64,000 nt of DNA. It comes from an uncultured Butyricicoccus sp. Lineage in GTDB: Bacteria; Bacillota; Clostridia; Oscillospirales; Butyricicoccaceae. The translations under genes and the position numbers were made by a program. The stretch covers positions 4,204 to 68,203 of the forward strand of contig CAJFUJ010000005.1 in the NCBI GenBank assembly GCA_904420185.1, in the 5' to 3' direction. Within the stretch, counting starts at the first letter, position 1. The number at the start of each line of letters is the position of its first letter. The notes under the pieces are model-generated. The model did not search any database, was not told the origin of the DNA, and was given only the letters and a program-made list of their open reading frames with translations. Below are positions 28,948 to 40,151 of the stretch, in pieces.

Positions 28948-31900
28948 TCACGCAAACAGGCTCATCTGGGTTGAGCGCGGCATGCTGCCCAGCGCGCCGA
29001 TCTCACCCAAGGTTTCTACGACCGATTTGGACACCTTGTTGCAGCGCATGAGCAATTCCTCCACCGAAAGGAAGGGGCCTTTTTGCCGCTCCTCGACGAT
29101 GTTGACCGCCGCCTGTTCGCCCACGCCGGGCATCGAGGTGAAGGGCGGGATCAGCCCATTTTCGGTGACCAAAAAGCGGGTCGCGTCCGATTGATAGATG
29201 TCCATGGGTTCAAAGTGGAACCCGCGCTTGTAAAACTCGTGTACAACCTCCAAGGTGGTTGCGGTTTCTTTTTCGGCGGCGGTGATGGCCTTTTCGCGGT
29301 CCTTTTGCTGCAATTCGCTGATTTTGTCCAAACAGACCGCATCCCCGCGGATCATGCAGGAAGCGTCAAAGCCCTTGGCGCGGATGGAAAAATACGCCGA
29401 ATAGAAGGCCAGCGGCCGGTGGACCTTGAACCACGCGATGCGGTAGGCCATCATGACATAGGCGACCGCGTGCGCCTTGGGGAACATATACTTGATCTTT
29501 TTGCATGAATCGATGTACCACTCCGGCACCTGCTGGGCGCGCATGGCCTCCTCCCACTCGGGCTTGAGTCCCTTGCCCTTGCGCACCGACTCCATAATGG
29601 TAAAGCTGAGCTTGGGTTCCACACCCTTTAGGATGAGATAGTTCATAATATCGTCGCGGCAGCAGATGCAGTCGGCCAGGCCGATGCCCTGGTGTACTAG
29701 GTCCTGCGCATTGCCCAGCCACACGTCGGTGCCGTGCGACAGGCCCGAGATAGACACCAGCTCGGCAAAGGTGTGCGGCTTGGTTTCGGACACCATGCCG
29801 CGCACAAATTTGGTGCCGAACTCGGGGACAGCCAGGCAGCCCAGGTCGCCCAAAATCGGGTCGGGGGCGTCGTCCACATAGCGCAGCGCCTTGTTGGAGG
29901 TGAACAGGCTCATCACATCCGGGTCGTCGAGCGGGATCTGTTGGGCGTCCACACCGGTCAAGTCCTGCATATGGCGGATGATGGTCGGGTCATCGTGCCC
30001 GAGCTCGTCGAGCTTGAGCAGGTTGGCGTCGATCGAGTGGTATTCAAAATGGGTGGTGATGATATCCGAATTGGGGTCGTCGGCCGGGTGCTGCACCGGG
30101 CAGAAATCGTAGATTTCGACCTCCTTGGGCACCACAACGATGCCGCCCGGGTGCTGGCCTGATGTGCGCCGCACGCCGGTGCAGCCGGCGGTCAGGCGGT
30201 TTTCCTCGGCGTGCGAACAGGTCAGGCCGCGCTCTTCCATGTACTTTTTCACATAGCCATATGCGGTTTTTTCGGCGACCGTGCCGATGGTCCCGGCGCG
30301 GAACACATGGTCGTGGCCAAACAGCTCGCCGGTGTACCAATGGATGCGGCTTTGGTACTCGCCCGAAAAATTCAGGTCAATGTCCGGCACCTTGTCACCC
30401 TCAAAGCCCAGGAATGTTTCAAACGGGATGCCGAAGCCCTGCTTGGTCAGCAGCTTGCCGCAGCGCGGGCAGGCCTTTTCGGGCAGATCCACGCCGCAGG
30501 AATACTCGTCGTGCCACTCGACGTATTTGTCGTCCGGGCACAGGTAGTGGGGCGGCAGCGAGTTGACCTCGGTGATGTCGGCAGTAAACGCCGCGAAGGA
30601 CGAGCCGACCGAGCCGCGTGAACCGACCAAGTACCCGTCCTCGAGCGACTTGGTCACCAGCTTTTGCGCGATGATGTACATGACCGCGTAGCCGTTGCCG
30701 ATGATCGAGTTCAGCTCCCGGTCCAGCCGCTTTTGCACCAGCTCGGGCAGCGGGTCGCCGTAGATGCGCTTGGCCTTTTCGTAGCTCATGCGGCGCAGGT
30801 CCTCTTCCGCGCCCTCGATTTTGGGCGGGTAGTTTTCGCGCGGCACCGGCCGGATTGCTTCGCACAGACCGGCGATCTTGTTGGTGTTTTCGACCACGAC
30901 TTCATAGGCGCGGTCGGCGCCCAGGTAGGCGAATTCGGCCAGCATTTCGTCGGTGGTGCGCAGGTAGAGCGGCGCCTGCTTGTCGGCGTCGGCAAAGCCC
31001 TGCCCGGCCATGAGGATGCGGCGGAAGGCCTCGTCCTCGGGCTCGAGGAAGTGGACGTCCCCGGTCGCGCAGCAGGGCTTGCCCAGCTCGTCGGCCAGGC
31101 GCAGAATCTTGCGGTTCCAGTTTCGCAAGTCCTCCTCGTCCTTGGCCAGCCCTTTTTCGATCATAAAGCGGTTGTTGTCGATGGGCTGGATCTCCAGGTA
31201 GTCGTAAAAGGAAGCGATGCGCTTGAGCTCGTCCCACTCGGCGCCATCGACCATGGCCCGGAACACCTCGCCCGCCTCGCAGGCCGAGCCGAAAATCAGG
31301 CCCTCGCGGTGCTTGATGAGCTCGGAACGCGGCATGAGCGGTTTTTTGTAAAAATGGTTCAGATAGCTGTACGAAATCAGCTTGTACAGGTTTTTCAGCC
31401 CGGTCTGGTTTTGCACCAGGATGATGAAATGGTAGCGGTTCAGGTTTTTGAGCGAACCCGACTTGGCCCGCACCCCGGCCAACAGCGGGTTGATGTCCGA
31501 CACATTTTGCGCGTGCAGCTCCAGGCGCAACTTGTCGGCCAGTTTGATCCAGATGCGCGCGAGCACGGTTGCGTCCTCGCTGGCGCGGTGGTGCTCGAAC
31601 GGCCCGACGGCCAGCTCCTTGGCCAGCACGTTGAGCTTGTGCTTGTGCAGGTGGGGCAGCAGGATGCGGCTCATCTCCAGCGTGTCGATCGAGGTGAACT
31701 GCCGTGCAATGTCCAGCCGTTTGCAGGCCGCATTCAAAAACGACAGATCAAACCCGGCGTTGTGGGCGATGAGCGGCCGCTCGCCGGCGAACTCCAAAAA
31801 GCGCGGGATGGCCTGGCTTAGATCGGGCGCATTTCGCACGGTTTCGTCCGAAATGCCGGTCAGCTCGGTGATCTCAGCCGGGATGTGCTTGTGGGGGTTG

Positions 31901-33309
31901 ACATAGGTCTGGAAGGAATCGACGATCTGCCCGTCTCGCACCAGCACGGCTGCGATCTCGGTGATCTCCTCGGTGGCGGGCTTGAGGCCGGTGGTTTCCA
32001 GGTCGAACACGATCATCTCGCCCAAAAGCGGCGCATCGCCCTTGCCGCGCACGACCGATACCCCGGCCGCGTCGTTGACATAATAGGCTTCCACGCCGTA
32101 GAGGATCTTCAGGTCGATCTTGCCCCCTTCGATGGCGTGCAGTGCTTCGGGGAAGGCCTGCGCCACACCGTGGTCGGTGATGGCCATGGCCGGATGGTCC
32201 CACAATTTGGCCCGCTGGATGAGCGCCTTGGTCGAAGAAATGCCGTCCATTGCGCTCATGTTGGTATGTAAATGCAGCTCCACCCGCTTTTTTTCGGCCT
32301 TGTCCATACGGATGTGCTTTTTGGCCTTGACGATGCCGGTCGGCTCCAAGATGCTCTCTTTTTCGTAGGTGTCGTAGGTGATTTTGCCCTGCACCCGGAC
32401 ATAGGCGCCGGTTTTGAGCAGCGGCACGATCTCTGCGGCCTGGTCCTTGCTGAAAAACTTGGACACCCGCACCGAATTGGTGTTGTCGGTCAGGTCAAAG
32501 GACACCTTCATCCACTCCTTGCCGCTGCGCTTGGAGACAATTTCCTTGTGGTCGGTAAAGAAAATCTCGCCCTGCACGGTCACCTGGCCGAATTCGCCCA
32601 AGGCGTCGCGGATTGCCAGCACCTCGCCCGCATACAGCTTGCCGAAAATCTGGTTTTCGTCCGCCACCTTTTCGGCCTTGGGCCGCTGGAACGGCTGGGC
32701 TTCTTTGCGCGGTTTGGCGGCCGGGCGGGGTTTTGGGGGCTTGTCCCCAGCTGCGGGCATGGCGGGCAGCGCCTGCATCGCCTTTTGCAGTGTTTCACGC
32801 CGCGCGGTGCGCTGGCTGTCCAGCAGCGCCTGGGCGGTATCGTCATCAAACGGCACGCCCTCGACCGGGATTTCCAGCCCGGTTTCGGCATAGATACGGC
32901 CGGATAAGGCGCGCAAATGGGGCTTTAAATACTGGCACGAGGCTTCGCTCATGCGAATGCGCAGTGCCCCGTCCTCGACCCGCCACTGGCTGTCTGCCAG
33001 CAAGCCGCAAGCCGATGGCGCTTCCTGGCACAGCCAATCGCGCAGGGTCTGCAAATATGCCTCGGTCAAGCCAGACAGGGCGTACCGCGGGGAAATGCGC
33101 ATCCGGGTGAGCGCGTAAGTCTTGGCGATTGAGCGCTCCAACGCCCCGATGGCCTGCACCGGCACGACCTCGTCAAACCGCACGTGACAAATCATCGTTT
33201 TTTTGTTCGTGCTCACCGCCAGTGAACGCACTTCACCCGCATCAAAATACCCTTGCACCGATTCTTCGATTTTACAGCGGTCAAACAAATCCGCAAGCGC
33301 TCTTGCCAT
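28948..33309 (-). CDS. polC: DNA polymerase III PolC-type
   Basis: PHP domain ELHLHT/AITDHG, exonuclease VFDLETTG, GSRGSVGSS, PDIDLNFSG and KIKYMFPKAHA. Confidence 0.98.
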   Translation of the reverse strand: MARALADLFDRCKIEESVQGYFDAGEVRSLAVSTNKKTMICHVRFDEVVPVQAIGALERSIAKTYALTRMRISPRYALSGLTEAYLQTLRDWLCQEAPSACGLLADSQWRVEDGALRIRMSEASCQYLKPHLRALSGRIYAETGLEIPVEGVPFDDDTAQALLDSQRTARRETLQKAMQALPAMPAAGDKPPKPRPAAKPRKEAQPFQRPKAEKVADENQIFGKLYAGEVLAIRDALGEFGQVTVQGEIFFTDHKEIVSKRSGKEWMKVSFDLTDNTNSVRVSKFFSKDQAAEIVPLLKTGAYVRVQGKITYDTYEKESILEPTGIVKAKKHIRMDKAEKKRVELHLHTNMSAMDGISSTKALIQRAKLWDHPAMAITDHGVAQAFPEALHAIEGGKIDLKILYGVEAYYVNDAAGVSVVRGKGDAPLLGEMIVFDLETTGLKPATEEITEIAAVLVRDGQIVDSFQTYVNPHKHIPAEITELTGISDETVRNAPDLSQAIPRFLEFAGERPLIAHNAGFDLSFLNAACKRLDIARQFTSIDTLEMSRILLPHLHKHKLNVLAKELAVGPFEHHRASEDATVLARIWIKLADKLRLELHAQNVSDINPLLAGVRAKSGSLKNLNRYHFIILVQNQTGLKNLYKLISYSYLNHFYKKPLMPRSELIKHREGLIFGSACEAGEVFRAMVDGAEWDELKRIASFYDYLEIQPIDNNRFMIEKGLAKDEEDLRNWNRKILRLADELGKPCCATGDVHFLEPEDEAFRRILMAGQGFADADKQAPLYLRTTDEMLAEFAYLGADRAYEVVVENTNKIAGLCEAIRPVPRENYPPKIEGAEEDLRRMSYEKAKRIYGDPLPELVQKRLDRELNSIIGNGYAVMYIIAQKLVTKSLEDGYLVGSRGSVGSSFAAFTADITEVNSLPPHYLCPDDKYVEWHDEYSCGVDLPEKACPRCGKLLTKQGFGIPFETFLGFEGDKVPDIDLNFSGEYQSRIHWYTGELFGHDHVFRAGTIGTVAEKTAYGYVKKYMEERGLTCSHAEENRLTAGCTGVRRTSGQHPGGIVVVPKEVEIYDFCPVQHPADDPNSDIITTHFEYHSIDANLLKLDELGHDDPTIIRHMQDLTGVDAQQIPLDDPDVMSLFTSNKALRYVDDAPDPILGDLGCLAVPEFGTKFVRGMVSETKPHTFAELVSISGLSHGTDVWLGNAQDLVHQGIGLADCICCRDDIMNYLILKGVEPKLSFTIMESVRKGKGLKPEWEEAMRAQQVPEWYIDSCKKIKYMFPKAHAVAYVMMAYRIAWFKVHRPLAFYSAYFSIRAKGFDASCMIRGDAVCLDKISELQQKDREKAITAAEKETATTLEVVHEFYKRGFHFEPMDIYQSDATRFLVTENGLIPPFTSMPGVGEQAAVNIVEERQKGPFLSVEELLMRCNKVSKSVVETLGEIGALGSMPRSTQMSLFA

Positions 33310-33376
33310 ACGGCCTGACTCCTTTACACCCTCGCATTTGCGGGCGGGACGCGCCGCCCCGCCTGCACTCTATACC

Positions 33377-34426
33377 TCATCTTTCCAGTTCGAATTGGAT
33401 TTCCTGCATCAGCTCATCCACCAGCTGGTCCTGCGGCACCCGGCGCAAAATTTCGCCCTTGCGGAACAGCAGGCCCACGCCGTCGCCGCCTGCAATGCCC
33501 AAGTCGGCCTCGCGCGCCTCGCCTGGCCCGTTGACCGCGCAGCCCATGACCGCGACCTTGAGCTTCTTGCCGTGCAGTCCGGCCACCCGCCGCTCGACCT
33601 CCTTAGCGATGCCGATCAGGTCGATGCGCGTGCGGCCGCAGGTTGGGCAAGCGACCACGTCGATGCCGTCGTCGTTTCGCCCCACGGCCTTCAAAATGGC
33701 CTGGGCGGCGAATATTTCGCGCACCGGGTCGTCGGTCAGGGACACGCGGATGGTGTCCCCCACGTCCAGCGCCAGCAGCCCGCCGATCCCGGCCGCCGAT
33801 TTGATGGTGCCCATGTATTCGGTGCCGGCCTCGGTCACGCCCAAATGCAGGGGGTAGTCGGTCTGTTCGTGCGCCAGCAGGTAGGCGCGCATGGTGTCCG
33901 GCACCGAGGACGACTTCATGGACAGGCAAATGTCGTAAAAATCGAATTTCTCCAGCAGCCGGGCGTGGTACAGCGCCGACGCAACCAAGGCGTCGGGCGT
34001 CGGGCCACCGTACCGGGCCAAAATTTCGCGCTCCACCGAGCCCGAATTGACGCCAATGCGGATGGGGATGCCCTTGCTTCGGGCCGCCTGCACGACCGCA
34101 TGCACCCGGTCGTCCCCGCCGATGTTGCCCGGGTTGATGCGCACCTTGCTGACGCCCGCGGCAATGGACTCCAGCGCCAGCCGGTAGTCAAAATGGATGT
34201 CCGCCACCACTGGCAGCGGCGATTTTTCGCAGATCTCACCGAGCGCCCGGGCGGCTTCATGGTCGGGCACCGCACAGCGCACAATCTGGCACCCTGCCTG
34301 CGCCAGCGCTTCAATTTGCGCCAGCGTCGCAGCCGCGTCTCGGGTGTCGGTGTTGGTCATCGACTGGATGGATACAGGCGCGCCGCCACCGATCTTGACC
34401 GGTCCGGCCGAAATTTGTCTTGTCAT
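33377..34426 (-). CDS. ispG: HMBPP synthase
   Basis: IQSMTNT, VADIHFD, RINPGN, LHLGVTEAG, CPTCGR and MGCAVNGPGEA. Confidence 0.97.
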   Translation of the reverse strand: MTRQISAGPVKIGGGAPVSIQSMTNTDTRDAAATLAQIEALAQAGCQIVRCAVPDHEAARALGEICEKSPLPVVADIHFDYRLALESIAAGVSKVRINPGNIGGDDRVHAVVQAARSKGIPIRIGVNSGSVEREILARYGGPTPDALVASALYHARLLEKFDFYDICLSMKSSSVPDTMRAYLLAHEQTDYPLHLGVTEAGTEYMGTIKSAAGIGGLLALDVGDTIRVSLTDDPVREIFAAQAILKAVGRNDDGIDVVACPTCGRTRIDLIGIAKEVERRVAGLHGKKLKVAVMGCAVNGPGEAREADLGIAGGDGVGLLFRKGEILRRVPQDQLVDELMQEIQFELER

Positions 34427-34447
34427 CCTACCTTCTCCTTTCACGCG

Positions 34448-35503
34448 TCAGGCGGTGAATAGGCGCAGCACGTCGTTGCCGGTCACATAGACCATGAGCC
34501 CGAGCAGCAGCACCAGGCCGGCGGCGTTGACATAGCCCTCCAGCCGGGGCTCGAGCGGCTTGCGCCGGATGGCTTCCACGATCAAAAACAGCAGCCGCCC
34601 GCCGTCCAGCCCCGGGATGGGCAGCAGGTTCATCACGCCCAGGTTGATGGACATGAATGCCACGAGATACAGGAAGGACTGGATGCTGGCCTGTGCCGTT
34701 TGGCTCATCACCGCGGTCACGCCGACCGGGCCGGACAACTGGTCCACGCCGACTTCGCCGCTGACCAACATGCCGAGCGAATCCCAAATCATGCGCGCCA
34801 GGCTGACCGAATTCCAAAACGCCGTAGAAAACCGCAGCGGCAGGGTGATCTCCTCGGTCGCAAAGTGCAGGCCGTACCGCATCTGCCCATCGACCTCGAC
34901 ATTGGCCTGGAGCGGCAGATCTTCGATGAGTACCTCGCGCCCGTCGCGGCGCACCAGGATGTCATAAACGCCGTCGTCCTGCCCCTGGGCCATGGCAGGC
35001 TCGACGTCGCTGCGCATATGGATACGGTAGCCGTCAATTTCCAGCAGGGTGTCGCCGACCATCAGGCCGTCCTCGCCCTCGTACTGGAAGCCCTCATAAA
35101 AGCCATCCAACGTGGGGACCACCATTTTGCCGTCCTGCGCGCCCGGCAGGATGAACAGCAAAATAACAAACCCCAGCAAAAAGTTCATCAACACGCCCGC
35201 AACCAGGATGAGGAACCGCCGCGGCCGGCTGGCCTTGGAAAAGGCCCGCTCGGACACGGTGCCGTCGTCGCCGTCCTCGCCCTCCATCACGCACGCGCCG
35301 CCGATGGGCAGCAGCCGCAGGCAATACAGGGTTTCGCCAACCTGGCGGGAGAGCAGCTTGGGGCCCATGCCGATCCAAAACTCATCCACCCGCACGCCAC
35401 TGCGCTTGGCCGCGACCAGGTGCCCAATCTCATGCACCATAATCAGCACGCCAAATGCGAGCAGCGCCACAATAATACCGCCAACACTAGAAAGAAGTTC
35501 CAT
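34448..35503 (-). CDS. rseP: RIP metalloprotease RseP (M50)
   Basis: HEIGH, LLPIGG, AGVLMN, PDZ-like segment and NLLPIPGLDGG. Confidence 0.93.
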   Translation of the reverse strand: MELLSSVGGIIVALLAFGVLIMVHEIGHLVAAKRSGVRVDEFWIGMGPKLLSRQVGETLYCLRLLPIGGACVMEGEDGDDGTVSERAFSKASRPRRFLILVAGVLMNFLLGFVILLFILPGAQDGKMVVPTLDGFYEGFQYEGEDGLMVGDTLLEIDGYRIHMRSDVEPAMAQGQDDGVYDILVRRDGREVLIEDLPLQANVEVDGQMRYGLHFATEEITLPLRFSTAFWNSVSLARMIWDSLGMLVSGEVGVDQLSGPVGVTAVMSQTAQASIQSFLYLVAFMSINLGVMNLLPIPGLDGGRLLFLIVEAIRRKPLEPRLEGYVNAAGLVLLLGLMVYVTGNDVLRLFTA

Positions 35504-35515
35504 ATTACAATTACC

Positions 35516-36670
35516 TCAAAGCTTCTTGGCCCGCAGCACCGCTTGCCGCGCGGCGCGGTCAAGCGCCAATACGTCGTCCAGCGTGGGCTGCGCCTGGTCT
35601 GGGATGTCGTCAAGCGCCTGTTCTACCAAGCGCGGAATGTCCAAAAACCCAATTTCCCCCTCAAGAAACAGAGCAACTGCGGCTTCGTTTGCGCCATTGA
35701 GCACAGCGCCTGCACCGCCCTTGCGCCCGGCCGCCTGCCGGGCCAGCCGCAGCGCCGGGAAAGCCTGCCCGTCGGGCGGGTAAAACGACAAATTGCCCAC
35801 CTGCGCCAAATCCAGCCGCGGCGTCTTGCAGGACAGCCGCGCCGGATAGGTCAGCGCATACTGGATGGGCAGCCGCATGTCGGGCATTCCCAGCTGGGCC
35901 AGCACCGCCCCGTCGGCAAATTCGATGAGCGAATGTACGATGCTCTCCCGGTGTACCACGACCTCGATCTGTTCGGGCGGCAAGTCATACAGCCACATGG
36001 CTTCGATCAGCTCCAGCCCCTTATTCATCATGGTCGCCGAATCTACCGAAATTTTGGCGCCCATCGACCAATTGGGATGGCGCAGCGCCTGCGCAGGTGT
36101 CACCCCGGCCAGCTCTCCCTGCGTTTTCCCAAAAAACGGACCGCCGGATGCGGTCAGAATGATCTTGTGCAGCCGGTTGCCCTGGGCCGCCTGAATGCAC
36201 TGGAAAATCGCTGAGTGTTCGGAATCAACCGGTAAAATTTTGACCCCTTTGCGCGCTGCCGCTTGCATCACCAGGCCGCCCGCGCACACCAGTGTTTCCT
36301 TGTTGGCCAGCGCAATATCATGCCCGGCTTCGATGGCGGCCAGCGTGGGCAGCAAACCGGCCATGCCTACCACCGCAGTTACAACCATGTCGGCTTCGGG
36401 CAAACTTGCCGCGTGCAGCAACCCTTCCGTCCCGCTTTCCACCCGGATGTCGGTGTCGGCCAGCGCGGTTTTGAGCGCTTTGGCCGCCGCTTCATCCGAG
36501 GCCACCGCCAATTTGGGCTGCAGCGCGCGCGCCTGCTGCTCGAGCAAGCGCACATTGCGGTTGGTGGTCAGCGCCACCGCCTGCGCACCCGCGTCTTGCA
36601 GCACGTCGATGGTCTGCGTGCCGATCGAGCCGGTCGCGCCCAGGATGGATATGCGTTTATTCTCTATCAT
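35516..36670 (-). CDS. dxr: 1-deoxy-D-xylulose-5-phosphate reductoisomerase
   Basis: LGATGSIG, LANKE, LPVDSEH, TASGGPF and HPNWSMGAKISVDSATMMNKGLE. Confidence 0.97.
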   Translation of the reverse strand: MIENKRISILGATGSIGTQTIDVLQDAGAQAVALTTNRNVRLLEQQARALQPKLAVASDEAAAKALKTALADTDIRVESGTEGLLHAASLPEADMVVTAVVGMAGLLPTLAAIEAGHDIALANKETLVCAGGLVMQAAARKGVKILPVDSEHSAIFQCIQAAQGNRLHKIILTASGGPFFGKTQGELAGVTPAQALRHPNWSMGAKISVDSATMMNKGLELIEAMWLYDLPPEQIEVVVHRESIVHSLIEFADGAVLAQLGMPDMRLPIQYALTYPARLSCKTPRLDLAQVGNLSFYPPDGQAFPALRLARQAAGRKGGAGAVLNGANEAAVALFLEGEIGFLDIPRLVEQALDDIPDQAQPTLDDVLALDRAARQAVLRAKKL

Positions 36671-36698
36671 TGTAGTCCCTTCGTCCTTCAAATATGCT

Positions 36699-37523
36699 TT
36701 ATATGCCGAACAACCGCAAGATGATCTCAGCCGCCGGTGCGACAAAAATCACGCTGTCAAACCGGTCAAGCACGCCGCCATGCCCGGGGAACAGATGGCT
36801 GTAATCCTTGATGCCGCTTTGCCGTTTGATAATGGAAAATGACAGGTCCCCCACCTGGCCGAGTACCGCGCCAATGGCACCCATCAGCGCCGCAGCGGCG
36901 TAGTGAATGTCCAGCTCGGCAAAGTGGTTAAACAGATACACCACCAGCAGCATCAGCGCCGTTGCACCTACGACGCCACCGATGGCGCCTTCGACCGTCT
37001 TTTTGGGGCTGACAACCGGCGCGAGCTTGTGCTTGCCAAAGGCCATGCCGGCAAACAGCGCACAGGTATCCGATCCCCAGGCCGCCACCAACGGCAGCAG
37101 CACCAAAAACTCGCCGCCGTCCATGCAGAAAATGCGCCACAGCGACAGCAGCATGATCGGCAACCCAACCCCGCCGAACATCGCCACCGTAATTTGCTGG
37201 AAGTCAACGGTGTCGTGCTCGCGCAGCAGCACAGCAAACAGAGCCACCAGCATCAGCAGCGCCACGCCGCTGTACAGCAGCAGCACCTGCTGCGTATCGT
37301 GATCCTGGCCGAGCCAGCCGAAGATCCCGAACAAAAGCGCCGTATACCAGGCGATGCGCCGCGCCGCCGGGTTTTTGACAAGGCCGGTCGGCGTTGTCAA
37401 CTCATAGACCGCCAGGGTGGCCAAGACGGTCAGTGCAATGGCCAGCACCACAGGCGGGAATACATATAGCGCGAGCAGGACAAAAGCAAAACCCACGACG
37501 CCGAACAGAACTCTAGTTTTCAT
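36699..37523 (-). CDS. cdsA: Phosphatidate cytidylyltransferase
   Basis: SDTCALF, SPKKTVEG, KRQSGIKD..FPGHGGVLDRFDS. Confidence 0.95.
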   Translation of the reverse strand: MKTRVLFGVVGFAFVLLALYVFPPVVLAIALTVLATLAVYELTTPTGLVKNPAARRIAWYTALLFGIFGWLGQDHDTQQVLLLYSGVALLMLVALFAVLLREHDTVDFQQITVAMFGGVGLPIMLLSLWRIFCMDGGEFLVLLPLVAAWGSDTCALFAGMAFGKHKLAPVVSPKKTVEGAIGGVVGATALMLLVVYLFNHFAELDIHYAAAALMGAIGAVLGQVGDLSFSIIKRQSGIKDYSHLFPGHGGVLDRFDSVIFVAPAAEIILRLFGI

Positions 37524-37556
37524 ACTCCAAACACTACCTATTCCCTTATTTTGACT

Positions 37557-38318
37557 TCACACACCGCCAAACCGCCGGGCGCGCCGGTTGAAGTCGTCGA
37601 TGGCCCGATCCATGTCAGCGGTCGAAAAGTCCGGCCACAGCACCTCAGTAAAGTAATATTCGCTGTACGCCGACTGCCATAGCAAAAAATTCGAGGTGCG
37701 AATCTCACCCGACGGGCGGATGATCAGGTCCGGATCGGGCATATGGGCGGTGTACAGATGGGCGGCGATGCTGTCCTCGGTGATGTCCTCCGGGGATACC
37801 GTACCTGCCTGCACCTCGCGGGCCAGGGCGCGCACGGCATTTTTGATCTCGTCCCGGCCGCCGTAATTGATACACAAGCTGGCCGTGGCCGCATCTGGGC
37901 CGAGCGAGTCAGCGATTTCATCGACTTCTGCAATCTGCGCGCGGATATCTGCGGGCAGTGGCGTCAGATCGCCCAGCACGCGCACCGCCACCCCGCGCTG
38001 GAACATTGTTTCCGCTGCTTCCTTCAAATATTTGCGGAACAGATCCATCAGCGCATCGACCTCTTCCTTGGGCCGCTTCCAATTTTCTGTAGAAAAAGCG
38101 TATACCGTGAAGTATTGCACGCCAATGTCCTTACAATAGGTCGCGATGGTGCGGAAAGTCTCCGCACCCACCGCGTGGCCATAGGAGCGTGGCATTCCAC
38201 GTTTTTTTGCCCAGCGCCCGTTGCCATCCATGATGACCGCGATGTGCCGCGGCACCGGACGGTCTATGGCCGGCGCTTGCGGCGCCGCTTTCCCCCGAAA
38301 TAGCTTCAAAATCCCCAT
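37557..38318 (-). CDS. uppS: Undecaprenyl diphosphate synthase
   Basis: HIAVIMDGNGRWA, YAFSTENWKRP, NYGGR and RTSNFLLWQ. Confidence 0.97.
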   Translation of the reverse strand: MGILKLFRGKAAPQAPAIDRPVPRHIAVIMDGNGRWAKKRGMPRSYGHAVGAETFRTIATYCKDIGVQYFTVYAFSTENWKRPKEEVDALMDLFRKYLKEAAETMFQRGVAVRVLGDLTPLPADIRAQIAEVDEIADSLGPDAATASLCINYGGRDEIKNAVRALAREVQAGTVSPEDITEDSIAAHLYTAHMPDPDLIIRPSGEIRTSNFLLWQSAYSEYYFTEVLWPDFSTADMDRAIDDFNRRARRFGGV

Positions 38319-38421
38319 TTTTACCTCACATATGGCGGAAGGGGCGGCTTGCCACCGCCCCCTTGCGTGTTCCGGCTTCCCTGGCGGCCCGGCGCTGCGC
38401 CTTTGGCCTTGAATGCCTTGT

Positions 38422-38976
38422 TTATACCTCTGCCAACTCCTTGGACTTTTTAGCGATGATGCCGTCGATCTCTTTAACGAACTTGTCGGTCAATTTTTGC
38501 ATCTGATCCTCGGCGTCGTGCAGCTCGTCCTCGGTCATTTCGCTCTTTTTATGTGCAGCCTTGCACTTGTCAATCGCCTCGCGGCGGACGTTGCGCACAG
38601 CCACCTTGCTATCCTCGCCGATCTTGGACACTTGCTTGATGAGCTCCTTACGGCGCTCCTCGGTCAGCGGCGGGAAGGTCAAACGGATCACCTTGCCGTC
38701 GTTTTGCGGGTTGATGCCCAGGTCAGAGGTCTGGATGGCCTTTTCCACGGCGCGCAGGATGGACGCATCCCAAGGCTGCACAGCCAGGGTACGCGGGTCG
38801 GGCGAAGAAACAGCGGCCACCTGGTTGAGCGGGGTGGGTGTGCCGTAATATTCCACAGTGATCTTATTGAGAACGGCCGGGTTGGCGCGGCCGGCGCGGA
38901 TGCCTGCCAGCTCTTTTCCAAGCACCTCAATGGTCTTGTTCATCTTGTGTTCATAGGGTTTTGTGTCTGCTTTCAT
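38422..38976 (-). CDS. frr: Ribosome recycling factor
   Basis: [25 protein letters not shown] and VRNVRR. Confidence 0.97.
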   Translation of the reverse strand: MKADTKPYEHKMNKTIEVLGKELAGIRAGRANPAVLNKITVEYYGTPTPLNQVAAVSSPDPRTLAVQPWDASILRAVEKAIQTSDLGINPQNDGKVIRLTFPPLTEERRKELIKQVSKIGEDSKVAVRNVRREAIDKCKAAHKKSEMTEDELHDAEDQMQKLTDKFVKEIDGIIAKKSKELAEV

Positions 38977-39707
38977 CTTACTTCCTCCTCTTTGACGATC
39001 GTGCCAATGCTTTCGCCGGTTACGGCACGGTAAATATTTTCCGGATCATTCAGGGCAAATACCAAAATGGGGATATGGTTATCCATCGATAGGCTGGTTG
39101 CCGTGGTATCCATAACACCCAGGCCCTGGTTTAAGATCTCCATGTACGTCAGGGTTTCATATTTTTTCGCATTTGGATTTTTCGCCGGATCGGAATCATA
39201 TACGCCGTCGATATTCTTGGCCAGCAAGATCACATCGGCGTTGACCTCGGCCGCACGCAGCACCGCGGCGGTATCGGTCGAAAAATAGGGGCATCCGGTG
39301 CCGCAGCCAAAAATGACCACACGGCCTTTTTCCAGATGGCGGGTTGCCCGCGAGCGGATGTAGGGTTCAGCGATTTTGTTCATCTCGATCGCCGTCTGCA
39401 CGCGCACCGGTACATTGCGCTGTTCGAGCGCATCCTGAAGTGCTAGTGCATTGATGGTGGTAGCCAGCATACCCATATAATCCGCGCGGGTGCGCTCCAT
39501 GCGGCCGCCGCCGTCTTTGACGCCGCGCCAGAAATTCCCGCCGCCGACCACAATGCCGACTTGGCAGCCGATTTCGCTGACCCGCTTGATCACATCGCAG
39601 ACCGGACCAATGACGTCCTCAAAATTCAGGCCGAAATGCTTGTCACCTGCCAGCGCCTCGCCGCTGATTTTGATCAGCACACGCTTATACTTCGGAGTGT
39701 CCATCAT
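38973..39707 (-). CDS. pyrH: UMP kinase
   Basis: [23 protein letters not shown] and PYFSTDT. Confidence 0.97.
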   Translation of the reverse strand: MMDTPKYKRVLIKISGEALAGDKHFGLNFEDVIGPVCDVIKRVSEIGCQVGIVVGGGNFWRGVKDGGGRMERTRADYMGMLATTINALALQDALEQRNVPVRVQTAIEMNKIAEPYIRSRATRHLEKGRVVIFGCGTGCPYFSTDTAAVLRAAEVNADVILLAKNIDGVYDSDPAKNPNAKKYETLTYMEILNQGLGVMDTTATSLSMDNHIPILVFALNDPENIYRAVTGESIGTIVKEEEVR

Positions 39708-40151
39708 GTATCCTCCTATTTTCACACAGTCTCCATTTATTTTATCTTATTTAGCGCCAATTTGCAAAGCCTTTCGGCCTGTTTTTTATGAACAGGTGGT
39801 AAAATTTTTCCCTTCGGCGGCGCGCTTATGCATTCCCTTGGCGCGCTCTTACAAGAATTGCAAAAAACGGCGTCTTTTTTTCATGGGTTTACACCATATC
39901 TCTGTGTATCTTTCACCGGTTTATCGAATGATTTTTCTGATTCAGGCGGCATTGCATTGTCTGAGGGGCTTGTCGCTTTTTGTGCTTTCCTTCCGGATTA
40001 CACGCATCTTCGCCCCCTTTTCGTCCGTCAAAATCACCAAAAATGCGGTGATATGCAATTTTTTCGCTTACATTCCCCTGTAAAATGTGCTAAAATAAAA
40101 GAAAAAGTGTGCCGTCGCGTGTTCTATATTTTCATTTCAGGAGGGAAATCT

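Noticed and set aside
28948-33309. Possible intein or insertion in the long polC
   Set aside because: Length and domain order are normal for PolC, and I saw no intein motifs.
27153-36214. Long plus-strand ORFs (27153-28928, 30664-31821, 33203-34462, 34700-36214) and similar antisense or alternative frames elsewhere
   Set aside because: They overlap well-supported genes on the opposite strand and show no domain signatures.
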